Program-made: the position numbers and the translations under genes
Assembly: GCA_047495785.1 (NCBI GenBank)
Contig: JBLDXI010000015.1
Span: 3,534,001-3,598,000, forward strand
Direction: 5' to 3'
Length of the DNA stretch: 64,000 nt
Source of the DNA: Lepidodermella squamata
Lineage: Eukaryota > Animalia > Gastrotricha
In this document: positions 25,901-37,747 of the stretch, piece after piece
Layout: each line of letters starts with the position of its first letter
How positions within the stretch are numbered: position 1 is the first letter of the stretch
The notes under the pieces: generated by a model
Database searches by the model: none
Told to the model about the DNA's origin: nothing
Seen by the model: only the letters and a program-made list of their open reading frames with translations

Positions 25901-26955
25901 AATTCCATGAATCTTGAATACTGATGCTTCGGCCAGCCGGAGAGCATGACGATTTCGACGACGAATGAAGGTTGACCAAAAATCAAGTTGCAAACAAGAA
26001 AAAATTCGCCGGAATGAAAAATGATTTTCTTTTACAAACGAAGAATCATTTTCGTGAAATTTTAAGTTGGATGTTTTATTTTCTCAAAATGGTTACTGTG
26101 AATTCACCCCTGTGTACCTATTACACCCTTTTAGGGAGCCTACAGGTGTCGTGCGCATGTGGGAATAGGATTACTCTATGGCAAACCATGGAGAAATATA
26201 ATTTCCCCCCTCTCTGGAACCCCTCGATTCGTTTGGCTGCGCCAAACTCACTCGGGGTTCCAGATCGGGGGGAAATTATATTTCTCCATGGTTTGCCATA
26301 GAGTATTCCCTTATTCTCGTGATTTCTTGAATTGTTTTCCAATTTTTCTGGCCATGAGATGTGACTTCGTCTCTCATTTTAGAGTTTCTGAACCCTTTCC
26401 CGTGAATTTTCTTTGCTTGTGTTACTTATGAGACACGCTGTAATATTCAAATCAACGATAAAATTTGTGCGACCTCGAGTCATTTTTATTCATGATTTTG
26501 AGATACAGCGACGTTTCGGGTACCAAGTTCCCTTCTTGAGGCTAAAAATCTGGAATAATCGCAAGAAGTAGAAAGTAGCACAACAAGTGGCGATAGGAAA
26601 AAACATAGTGGTCAGGATGTAGTGAGATCAACGCATTAAAATTGCAAGAGCTGTATAAGTAACGCCATATCTCATACTATATCCTGACCACTATGTTTTT
26701 TCCTATCGCCACTTGTTGTACTATACTATCTACTTGTTGTGATTTTTCTAGACTTTTAGCCACATGATGGGTACGAGGTACCCGAAACGTCGCTGTATCT
26801 CAAACTTATGAATAAAAAATGACTCGAGATCGCAACATTGTTTTCGTTTTGATAGATTTACGTTGGTGAATAACGACTGCTGGAATGCTGTTCGAATCCA
26901 CCGACCTTCCTTCGCAACTTTGCAAACTATTCTAGATCAACTATTTCAAAATTGA
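22929..26955 (+). CDS. Receptor tyrosine kinase: signal peptide - inactive trypsin-like domain - TM - Tyr kinase (paralog of 7471-15159)
   Basis: Signal [19 protein letters not shown]; [43 protein letters not shown]; 47-nt phase-1 intron 23769-23815 joins it to [26 protein letters not shown]; [39 protein letters not shown], last exon CW..HRPSF at 26856-26955. Confidence 0.85.
25005..26440. mobile_element. MITE of the same family as 14088-14961, carrying a nested inverted-repeat element
   Basis: TA|CAGCGTGTCCC...GAGACACGCTG|TA; nested inverted repeat ATTCCCACATACGCA (25240) / TGCGCATGTGGGAAT (26153). Confidence 0.7.
26450..26853. mobile_element. ~400 bp inverted repeat resembling paired Penelope-like pseudo-LTRs with degenerate hammerhead motifs
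   Basis: Arms of ~170 bp are reverse complements; each carries stem-loop + CGAAACGTCG followed by AATAAA. Confidence 0.55.
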
Positions 26956-27638
26956 CATATAATCAAGCGTAATACATCAATGTCTCATGATGTTCAGAAT
27001 GCGAATAAAAAATCGAGCCTTACTGATTGATTTTAATGAATACGATAGTGAATTTCAACACCTTGAGGCACGCAACCGTTCCAGCTGCTGCTAAGGTAAT
27101 AAATCAATAATCACAACGCCAATATAATCTCTATACCGATATATTATTTTCTCTGGATATCAAGCCTGATATCGCGTTCGATATTGGTATGATAATATTT
27201 TTTCTCGTTTTCCAGGCCGTAAATGATGTAATGGTATAGTATATATATTTAAGGCGGCTTTTTGCTGTTGTTATAACGCTTAATCTTATAGGCGGCGCAC
27301 TCGTCGCTGGTTAAAATGTGGCCGAATGCTGAAACGAACACCTGGGCCGGCGCGCATGTTTATCCACCCGCCCGCAGCGAGATGATTCCACGCTGATTTT
27401 TTTACGCCTTTTTATTATCTAGCGCAATAAATCACACACATACAAAGCAGTAAATTGCACTTCCCAGATGATTTCTTATGGCCGGTGTAATATCGAGAGC
27501 ATTCATGATATATATAGTTTTTAATCGCCTCGTTATTGTTTTCCGTTTTCATTCAGATTAGGCGTTAAGTCGAGGCGCCACCTTTTATCGGAATGATTCA
27601 CTGATATTCGCATTGGACATTTCGAAAGGTTCCGAAAT

Positions 27639-30600
27639 ATGCGCGCGAAAGCAGCCGCCGCATTGCTTCTAGCTATAACTTTTCATCTCAGTTTCGGACA
27701 ATCGGTTGTCGAGAACGAGGTTGATCCGTTCCTCAATTTTCCAGATGAGCTCGACAATACGCAGGGCAGATATCCCGATCACGTACGAGTTGGTAAGTAC
27801 TTGAATATTTCAAATTCAATTATTTCTAAAAATTCGATAAATTAGTGGTCATCTTCGGAAATATTCCAACGACCAGCTTTGACGTGGCTGCGGTGAAATT
27901 ATTCGCGTTCGTGGATAAAGGACTGCTTTTCAACAGGACTCGCCTGATGACGACTATAATTCAGCTTCCAAATACGCAGAACATGCTGACCATCACCGGA
28001 CATCGTAAATATAGCTATAATTAAATTTCGGAATTTCTCAGCAATTCAGAATACGAGGGAAAAAATGTATTTCTAGAAAATCAGCATTTGCTCCCAAATT
28101 TCTGAAATTAATTCCTAAGGTGGGCAAGGCAATTCTTGTATTCACTACAAATTTTCAGAATTTTGCTATTTTTACCTGATTTTTGGCAAATTAAAATGTG
28201 TATGCCTGCATTTGGACAATTATAATTAGAAGGCAATTTTGGGCACTCATTTGCATAAGCATAAATGAATCGCATGACCTGTATCTCAGGGTTGGCACTA
28301 AACACGTAAATTATCATTAAAAAGTGTTACTTTCCGAATAAAATTAATTTAAGGTCTGAAACTGATGGCCTTACACTCAAAATCACGGCGAATTGTATGG
28401 TTGTTATGGTTTTTATTTAAATTCTTTTATTACTTACCTAAAATTTGGTTCCACAACAGGCTATTTTGTTTTTTGTTTCCCATAGTAAAAGTAAGAACCA
28501 ATTCATAATAATTATCCCTAATTTATTGCTAAGTTTCAAGATAAAATGTCAAATTTCTTGCAAATTTCCTAATTTGATGTTCTCATTTCCTTTAGTTTGC
28601 GCCGAACTTCAAACTGCTTCAAACCTTGTCGGATTAGTTGTATCCGGGTTACCACGAACCATTTGGGACTACGTTTTAGAGCTAGCTCGAGGTTGGGATA
28701 TCCCGGTTATCGATATAACGCGCGACCCTGCCCTGGAAATTCAGACCGCCGGCGCATTTTCCGCCGTAAAAGTCAAACCAGGCCGTCCTTACGCTGCGAA
28801 TTCTCCGAAGTTTAGCCGAGAACCGGTTATGCTGCTAAAAATCCACACCAGCTACGGTCACATAGCCGCAGCCGTTCAAGACATCGCTACTGCTTACAAA
28901 TGGCGCCGGCTAGTATTTCTCTACGACAACAAACAAAGCCTGATGAATATGCAAAGTTTGCTAGGCGACTCGGCGAAAACGTCAACAATCCGCGAATATT
29001 TCATCGTTCAAGTTTCCGAGGAAAACCTCTTCGAAGTCGTTAAAATGGCGCTAACTGTCCAACAATGGACGACGGTTGTAGTCGCATTCGACGCGGTTAT
29101 GACTATCAAATTCCTCAAAACAGCCGCACGTTGCGGAACTCTGACGTCGAACTACGCCTTCGTCATGTCTAACATCGATGCGCACCTGTATTCGATGGAA
29201 GAATTCGCCCATAACTGGCCTAATGTCACAGTTTTGAGACCGATTATTCGCAACAGGGTGACTATGGAATGGCTTGACGCTGCGAAGCAATTTGAGAGTA
29301 TCCAAAAAGATTATCGCGTTTTAGTCGACTCTGCAACTCTTGGCTATGGCGACCGAATTACCTTACCGAAAAGGTTGGAACTGGACCGAGAATTACCGCT
29401 CTATGTAAGGCCAAATAATTTCGAATAATTTTGAATAAATTTAATTTTTTCCAGCTCTCATCGGCTCTAGCAATTGATGCTTTGTCCATGTTTCGAAAAG
29501 CCATTATGGAAACTTTGCCCGATTTTTTCGAATGGGTCGATGTCCAACCAGCTGGTTTACTGACCTGCTCCAGACCTTTTCCTTTACTCAATGGCTACGG
29601 CTCGTACCTCTTCAACGAATTACGAAATTTGTCCATTGATGGCATTACTGGGCCGATTCATGTCAATGCCAAGACAGGAAATCGCGAAAAGGTGACTGTT
29701 GACGTTCTAGGCCTGAGTAGTAGGGGCCTAGTGAGAATCGGCGAGTGGCAATCGATTTACGGAGAGATTCCTACAACGCCTGCTGCTGAGTACAAAAGAC
29801 ACTCGATATTTTTATGGCGACCTTTATCGATTGATGAAGACGTGTTGTTACGGGTCAAATATCCTACTAGTGATTTGAACTCCTTACAACGGGCATTATT
29901 GGCTGCTTCGATGAAGGCTAGTTTTTTTTTATTGTAGATAATTAGGTCACTTGGCTATTTTTTCCAGAAAATGACGCTGAGAATTACAACTTTGCTTGAA
30001 AGACCCTACGCGATGATTCGATCCAAGTTCAAGCCAGGTCAATTAGTACCCGGGTCATCCAGGTCATTGAATTTGCACAACTTGGAAGGCTTTTGCATCG
30101 ATCTCCTAGAAGAAATTTCGGCGATTATTGGGTGAGTCATTCTCAAACCGCTCAAGAATCGATTTTTAAGCGGAATTTTCTTCAAAAGATTCAGTTATAA
30201 AATTCACGTTGTTGCCGATGGTAAATACGGGAAGCTGGACAATAACACCGGGAAATGGACCGGAATGATTGGGGAGCTGATAGAAGACAAAGCTGATGTC
30301 GCAGCTGCACCCTTGACTGTAACTTTCGCTCGAGAGCAAGGTAAAATTTGAAAATCCGAAGAAAAAATGAATCCTTTTTACACATTTTAGTGGTCGATTT
30401 CACGAAACCATTCTTACATCTCGGCATTTCGATTTTACACGTGAAACCTCAAGCTGCCCCGCCGACTCTATTCGCTTTCATGGATCCATTCGCTGGTACC
30501 GTATGGTCGGCCATTTTGATCGCATGTGTTGCTGTTACCGGGGTTTTCTTCCTCGTCGGTCATTGCTCACCCTATGAATACGACTACAACGACGAAAGCC

Positions 30601-31980
30601 ACACCCCAGACCAGCGGCATCCCTACTCGTGGGGCAGCACCTTTTGGTATACGGTCGGCAATTTTCTCGGCATCGGCACTGACATTGGGGCGACTGCTTT
30701 GTCGACGCGAGTTGTCACGATTTCCTGGTGGTTTTTCACCCTGTTAATCATCAGCTCATACACCGCAAATCTCGCTGCTTTTCTAACAATCGAAGCTCAA
30801 GTTTCTCCGTTTGAAAACGTTGAAGAGCTAGCAGGCCAAACTAGCGTACTTTACGGTACCTTGCGAGGCGGCTCAACGGAAAATTTCTTCCGAGAAGCTA
30901 AAATCGATACCTACAAAAAGATGTGGGCTTTTATGAGAGATAAGGACGTGTTCGCGAAGTCGAATGACGAGGGTATCGAACGGGTTGTGAAAAGTAAAGG
31001 CAAGTATGCCTATTTGATGGAGTCGGTCTCCTTGCAGTACGTTCTGCAAGACCCTCAACGCAACAAGGACTGCTACCTCCGCCAGATCGGCGGTTTGATC
31101 GACTCGAAAGGCTACGGCCTGGGCACGAAACGCCAAGCTCCTTACCGAGATCTTCTATCCATGGCTATTCTTCAACTTCAAGAAACTGACAAGTTGACAA
31201 TGATGTACGAAAGATGGTGGAAAAACGACGAACTTCGATGCAGTGAAAAAGAGGCAGCATCTGGAGGGGCGAAATTTATGAGTAATTTTCTGAAAAAATT
31301 AATTAAAAAAAATCCACCTTAATTTATTTGTTTTCCAGCAATGCAACAATTTTTGGGAGTTTTCGTCGTTCTCGGTCTCGGGTTTTTCTTCGGCGTTGTT
31401 ACGGTAATAATGGAAGTGCTCTGGAACCTTCGAAGGCGAGCGCCTGGGGAGGTAATTGTCGCCTATCTTTCTCAAATTGTTCCTTTTATTTCTTGATTTT
31501 CAGAGAGCTCGTTATTGTCAGCGTATTTGCGGGTATTTGGGAGATACAGCTTCATACTGGTTCAAGAAACAACGGCCTTATCAACCGAGGCGAAAGAAGA
31601 GTATTGCCATGGCTCTTGCTTCGACAACCCATCAGTTGGGCATCATCCGCGAGGTTGAAGAAGATCCTTACATCCAACAGGAAGAACAGGAAGCGAGTGA
31701 TTATGAAATGGAACAACCTACTACTACAACCAAGCCGACTAAGGATAACTACAGCGTTAACAACAGTGATTACGGTGGTGAAGTTGAAGTTGAGCTGATG
31801 CCGCATCAAGCCGATCAGCAGTTGGACGATGGTTCTCGAACTATCAGGAAGCTGAAAGTGAAAAACAATGACCCAAATCGTTCGGTGCCTTCGCCAATTT
31901 TGCGCTACAAAAGCGATACAGCTCTAACGAACGAGCCGCGAGATTTCTTGACGCAGACTGATGACAAATTTTTAGGCTAA
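27639..31980 (+). CDS. Ionotropic glutamate receptor subunit (AMPA/kainate-like), multi-exon
   Basis: Signal peptide; ATD; [40 protein letters not shown]1, [48 protein letters not shown]4 [10 protein letters not shown]. Confidence 0.92.
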
Positions 31981-32970
31981 AACCGCGCTTTTGTCACAAA
32001 CTATTTTTTGCATTCAGTTTTTATACTGCTTTCACACGTTTCTAGTAGTTGTATACAAATAAAAATTGCGGCGGGGAAAAAACAGCACCTTAATTGCTTC
32101 GAAATCCTGTTTACAATGTTAATTGTCTTTCCTACTACAAGAAACGGCGCTTTTCTCGGATGTAAACATAGCAAACACTTCCTATTATCACAGACTAGTA
32201 AAAGAGCTTATATCTATAATCCATGCGTTGGTTGCACTTAATACTTCGCAGTCCGTTCCTAATATAAAGGAGTAATTTTTACAATTTTTTAAAGAGTCAG
32301 CCTTCAGTTTTCAGCCTTTATTTGCGTTGTCCTTTGTTAAGTGGAGGTCCTCGCTACTGTGTGGGTCCAAGTGCCACCCGCTGTCAAAATATCTTAAATA
32401 ATACTGTCTAATGTGGGCGGCGTATTTTAAGATGAGCGTAATTAATGCGCGCGGGTTAAGACCTGGCCGCCTCTTAACGGCCGGGCAAAAAAACACAGCT
32501 GAACCATCATCGAACGCGGCGCTCATCAAGTGGTGGATGCCATTGAGAGAAATCGATTTCTGACAAGTACATTATACCGCCGATATGTTATATGCATTTT
32601 TTATAGTATTTACGTTTGCTCATCCTATTGCATATTCTGAAGTTTTATTGCCAATTGTAATGCATTTATCGGTTCGCGCACAGTTGTGGAAGCCATATAA
32701 TGCGCGTTTGGGTAATTCACTACCGCCTCCGGTTTTTTTTATTGCAGAACAATAGAAGCGCTGCGCATGCATATAAAAAAAGTCATTATTACCAAAGATT
32801 TGTTCTCGATTTCTCGATGCGCAATTCAGCTGCTGCTCACAGCTGGCCGCTAGAGATTATTTCCTTCCGCATTTAGTGCTCACCTTTCATTGAGGATTAG
32901 GAAAGCGGCCCACACTTCTAACATGAAAACGCACTTTTTAAACTTGAAAATGCTCTTGAATTTTAGAGCT

Positions 32971-34089
32971 ATGCTTAACAATTTTTTCCCGATTTCGCCC
33001 GAGCTGCGGACAAAGAAAGGGAATAACAACGGCCAGAAATCACCCGATAGTGGCCACTCATCACCCTCATTGGTCGAAACTAGCGACATCGCCCGGGTTC
33101 AAATGCTCCTGAACCACGGAAGTCGCCTGGCCGAGGAAGACATGCAGACCCTAGCTATGATAGCTGTTCAAACGAAAGATCTAGCAATGTTAGATTTTCT
33201 CGTTGAAACAGGACTCAACCTCGACAACGTCGAAGACCCAAACGACGGCAGGACCCTTCTAATGGCAGCTATCGACGGCGGCCAGGTAGATATTACGAAA
33301 TACCTGCTGCAATATGGAGTTGATGTCAATGTAAGGAACAAAAAGGACGGCAATCGTACGGCTATTTTTATGGCGGCTCGGAAGGGTTATGTCGACCTTG
33401 CTGAGTTGCTAGTCGAAAATGGAGCTGATGCTACGATTACCGACTCGAAACTTCAAACCCCTCTATTCAAAGGCTGTGTAAGGGGTCATCTCGAGCTTGT
33501 CAAGTTTTTCGTTGAAAAATGCCGCCTCGACGTGAATTTGAGGGACGAAGCTGGCCGGACTCCTGCTTTCATGGCAGCGAGTCAGGGCCACGTTTCGATT
33601 CTGGCGTACCTTGCTGAAAACGGGGCAGATTGTTCAACGGCTGATTCTAACGGCTGGGCGCCGCTATTTCTAGCTGCTTACTACGGTCATACCTGCGTTG
33701 CGAGATTTCTAATCAATCTACCTTATATTGACATCAATTTCAAGGGTGAAGATGGTATAAGTGCGATTTTCCTCGCCGTGGAGAACGGCCATTTCGAGTT
33801 GGTTAAACTGCTAGTCAACAACGGAGCTTTGCTGGATGAAGTTGAGACGAAAAACGGATGGTCGCCGCTGTTTTTGGCCGTCAGACAGGGCCATTTACAG
33901 ATAGCGCGTTACCTTATCGATCGGGGAGCGGATATCATGCGGACAGACAAGGACGGATCTCCGCCGGTCTACTACGCTATTAATCGCGGCCATTCTGAAA
34001 TCACGGATTTGTTAGTTAAGCTTATCGATAAGCTAACCCTCGTGCATGATGACGTTTTTTATGACGTGGAAGATATCGATCCTTTTTGA
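32971..34089 (+). CDS. Ankyrin-repeat protein (~8 repeats); exact start uncertain
   Basis: Repeated G.TPL..A...GH...V..L...GA motifs in one open frame. Confidence 0.85.
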   Translation: MLNNFFPISPELRTKKGNNNGQKSPDSGHSSPSLVETSDIARVQMLLNHGSRLAEEDMQTLAMIAVQTKDLAMLDFLVETGLNLDNVEDPNDGRTLLMAAIDGGQVDITKYLLQYGVDVNVRNKKDGNRTAIFMAARKGYVDLAELLVENGADATITDSKLQTPLFKGCVRGHLELVKFFVEKCRLDVNLRDEAGRTPAFMAASQGHVSILAYLAENGADCSTADSNGWAPLFLAAYYGHTCVARFLINLPYIDINFKGEDGISAIFLAVENGHFELVKLLVNNGALLDEVETKNGWSPLFLAVRQGHLQIARYLIDRGADIMRTDKDGSPPVYYAINRGHSEITDLLVKLIDKLTLVHDDVFYDVEDIDPF

Positions 34090-35602
34090 GGTTATTACAA
34101 AACAATAGTTTCTGATAATTCGTACTAGTTTTTCCAGTAAAAATTGAACGAGAATATATTAGAGACATGACGTCCTCTGAGTGGCGCAAATGCCCTAGAG
34201 AGATACGCATCATTTCTTGAACTACAGAATACTACAGCCCTGGAGTTTTTAATCTAGCTGCAACTTTTTCTAGTACACGGGTGAATAAATATTACGGCGA
34301 AAGAAGCCGCATTGAAGTTAGCAGAATAATTATGCTTCCACTTTATATCCGATCGGCTCCATTTTGTCATCCATTGTTACGGACCATGCCCAGTCGCTAG
34401 AAAACATCCGCAACTCGAGAACGCCTTCTGTTGGCATTCTGCCAGAATTTGTGTTAACTTCAGCTAAAGTATGCAAAAAGATGCATACATTTTGGGACAT
34501 GCCTGTAATGTCAGGCAGAGTCAACATGCATTGATACGTTAAGTTGCCAAACAAAAAATAGTTGCGCAGCATCTGGAAAACGCTGTATAACACCGTATCA
34601 ATGCATGTTATGCCATTCATGAAAAAAGTGGAGTTAATCGGTTAAGTGGGAGAATATTTTACTGGAATCCTACTAACTTCAATACAGTCGGAAGTCGGAA
34701 GAAATGTCCCAAGGAAGAAATGAATGGGGATTAAACGTTAAGCATCCTACCTATTCTTCGCGTGAATCAACGAACTAATACTAGATAGCTCGCCAAATTA
34801 ACCTTATTAGGAGAAGTGATGGTTCATAGGACATGAAAACATTAATTATTCCTAATGTCATTTTCCGTTAGTCACAAACAAACAAATCCATAATCATCAA
34901 TAATATTAAAGCTGCTACGTAAAGGCTCGAGAGGGGGTGGATGACAGGAGAATCTGGCACAAGTTAGTTATGAACTGGACATTGGATAATGCGAGGTAAA
35001 AAGTAAGACGCAGATTACGTTGATAGTAGCAATTCTAGGGTTTACTTGTGATAAAGCCAGGTCAAAGTGTCGATTTCAAGTGAATCCTCCGCCCGTTTCT
35101 TTTGATTTGATGAGTATTGATCAGAGAGGTCCGTCATGCAGACCTCTCTTCCAGCCTGAGTGCAGCAAAGTCAGCAACAGGGTTAATTAGCCTAATAGCT
35201 GGATGATTAAAACCGGTGACATAAGAAGCAAATTTTACAGCAAAAGGTCTCTCCATTTCAAGAATCATTGATTTGCGGATGAATAGTGGTTTATATCGCT
35301 GTTCCATGTCTCCTTACTCCTTAGAGAGCCGGAAGTAAGGGAAATTGCGGAAAACCGCGTCACATTGCTCACATTTGAGCGCTGTTTTTAATATACTTCA
35401 GACCCATAGTATAGGTCCACACTTACCTATTCTTAACCGTCCCAAAAACTTCAGCTATTAGAAGTCACTTTGAAGTATATCAAAACGTAATCAAAACGTA
35501 ATCTGAATGTCCTATTTCTTTCCAATATTTTGGGTTGGGTTGGGTCGATGATGAAAATGGTTAATTTCGACTCGGATGCTTTTTTGAAGACTGAGTGTTT
35601 GT

Positions 35603-36655
35603 ATGATTAATATTACTTCCAATTTCACAAATCCAACGACTATTCCTTTCGGCTCGAACAGAAACTGTCACAGCCCACAGCCGGCAACTTGGCCTTTTAT
35701 CATCGTTTACTGCTCGATTCTTGCTCTATGCTTCATGGGAGCCTGCCTCAATTTGTTGAACTTCATGGTCTTTCGAGACCGCCGACGGCTCCCAGCACCG
35801 ACTTACATTTACCTGACAGTAATTTCAGTAGTCCACTTTACAGCGCTTACCAGTGAGTTCTTCTTGCTGCTAGCGTCCCTTTTCGGCAGAGGAATTTACA
35901 TCTTCGAACTATACTATGCCTTTCTCTTCTGGCCTGTCTTCAATTATTCGGCTACTGTAGCAGTTTGCCTACAAATCGCAAGCACAATTGAACGGTACTT
36001 CTACGTCATTGCTATTCGACCTTATTCGAAACTTGTAGAGGAAAAGGAGCAGGTTGTAACTAGATACGTCATTGTTGCAGTTTTCGTTTTCGTTTTAACA
36101 TTCAACGCCCCGAGAATGTTGGCATATAACTTTAACTGGCAAACAGGCTGTTATGAAAGCCGATGGTCATCGAAAGAAACTCCATGGTTCAAGTACTACA
36201 CCATAGCTAGAACTATAGTCTACAATGCAGGCTCGTTACTACTGCAATTGATTTTCGAAATTCTGCTGATATCCACGATTCTGTGCCGGAAGAGGAAGGC
36301 CTTTCAGGGCGATCACGCTCGAATTGGTCGCGAGAGGCGATTGACTTTAACCTTGATTTTCTCCGCTTTACTTTGGTTCATTACAGAACTTCTAGCCATT
36401 CTGTTCAATCCGATCACAATCAACATATTTTGGGGTACGTTCTTCAACTCGCATAAAAAGATGTTTTGGATGACAATGCTTTCGCTGGGTCTGCTGGCAA
36501 TTGAGTACAGTTTATCTTTTGTTACGTCCTTAGTTTTCAATTATAATTTTCGAAAATTATTGAAATCAAAGCTTCCTTGTATCTTCGCAAGCGTGAGTGG
36601 GGATAATACAAGCAACGAAAATTTGGAACGTCGTAGTTCTGAATTATTTCTTTGA
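35603..36655 (+). CDS. Intronless rhodopsin-class GPCR (peptide-receptor/chemoreceptor-like)
   Basis: Seven hydrophobic segments, G..LN in TM1, Y.YL..IS in TM2, TIERY at the end of TM3, N-terminal N-glycosylation sequons, FRKLL helix 8. Confidence 0.85.
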   Translation: MINITSNFTNPTTIPFGSNRNCHSPQPATWPFIIVYCSILALCFMGACLNLLNFMVFRDRRRLPAPTYIYLTVISVVHFTALTSEFFLLLASLFGRGIYIFELYYAFLFWPVFNYSATVAVCLQIASTIERYFYVIAIRPYSKLVEEKEQVVTRYVIVAVFVFVLTFNAPRMLAYNFNWQTGCYESRWSSKETPWFKYYTIARTIVYNAGSLLLQLIFEILLISTILCRKRKAFQGDHARIGRERRLTLTLIFSALLWFITELLAILFNPITINIFWGTFFNSHKKMFWMTMLSLGLLAIEYSLSFVTSLVFNYNFRKLLKSKLPCIFASVSGDNTSNENLERRSSELFL

Positions 36656-37747
36656 GTTCAGAATAAAATTTGAAGATTTTCGAATCTCATAATGTAGTCT
36701 CGCTAATCTGAAAAAATTGATTACGATGACCTGATACTTTTCTACCGTAAGTCGCATGGGCGATAGTTAAAATAAAGTAACTTGTGGACGGTAGCTTGTG
36801 GACGAATTCTCACAATTGAAGGAATAGCAAGTTAAAATCTTTAACAAAAATTTTATGGGGCAGACTCACAGAGCTAGTTTTAAGATAGAGGTCCTACTCC
36901 TGACTTAGCCTGTTAACGCCATGGGCACCGGATGTTGTGATGAACCAGCATCCAGTGGTTGGAAAAGTAAACAAGTCAGGTGATTTTTCCATTCCCGATT
37001 TTTCATTCATGGACATTTTCTTGATGAAAAACTTGGTGGTACCAGAAAATCCTTCAAATGGTGAACACTGCGATTATTTTTTCAAAATTTTCGGAGCAAT
37101 GTGAAATCGTGAAAAAACTATTCCGTCATTTCAAATACATAATTCGACATTAACTGATTATCGAAATTGAAGCACATTTCGAATAGGGTGGGTAAATCTG
37201 ATCAAGGTCTACATTTTGATGCTTGGAGCGAGCTTGGAAGATTGTTTTCCTGATTTTCTATGATTTTATGGTTTTATGAATCAAGGCGGTTATCGGAAAG
37301 AGTGCTTATGGCGGATGAGGACTAATGCAATCATGGAATGTTTCTTCACCTTCCGTGTCATTTAATCTTTTAACTTCAACCGTAGAACTTTGTCAAAATT
37401 CAAAGCTATATATACTCATATGCATTTGCGAAATATAAGATATGTGTTATGTCATGTGATCGCAGATAGCCATTGCACTCCAAATCTACAAATCCTGATT
37501 GAACGCCCCCTTCAATGTTTTAATCTCATCAACATTACCGACTTCAGAAAATCGCATATTTCCGAGCACTTACAGCTGCTGATCTAGACATCACGTTGAG
37601 CATTCAGCCCCAGACAAGCATCGTCTCGTGACAATTGATCCCTTTATCTTCATATTTCATTTTCTCTACTTATTTTGTTATCTCTTCAGAGGCGGCACTT
37701 GACACTTTCAACTGGTTCAAAATAAGGATATACTTTTAGCGATATTA

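Noticed and set aside
25432-26431. Cluster of overlapping ORFs inside the RTK2 intron as a possible transposase
   Set aside because: No DDE, HTH or RT motif recognised; they lie within non-autonomous repeats
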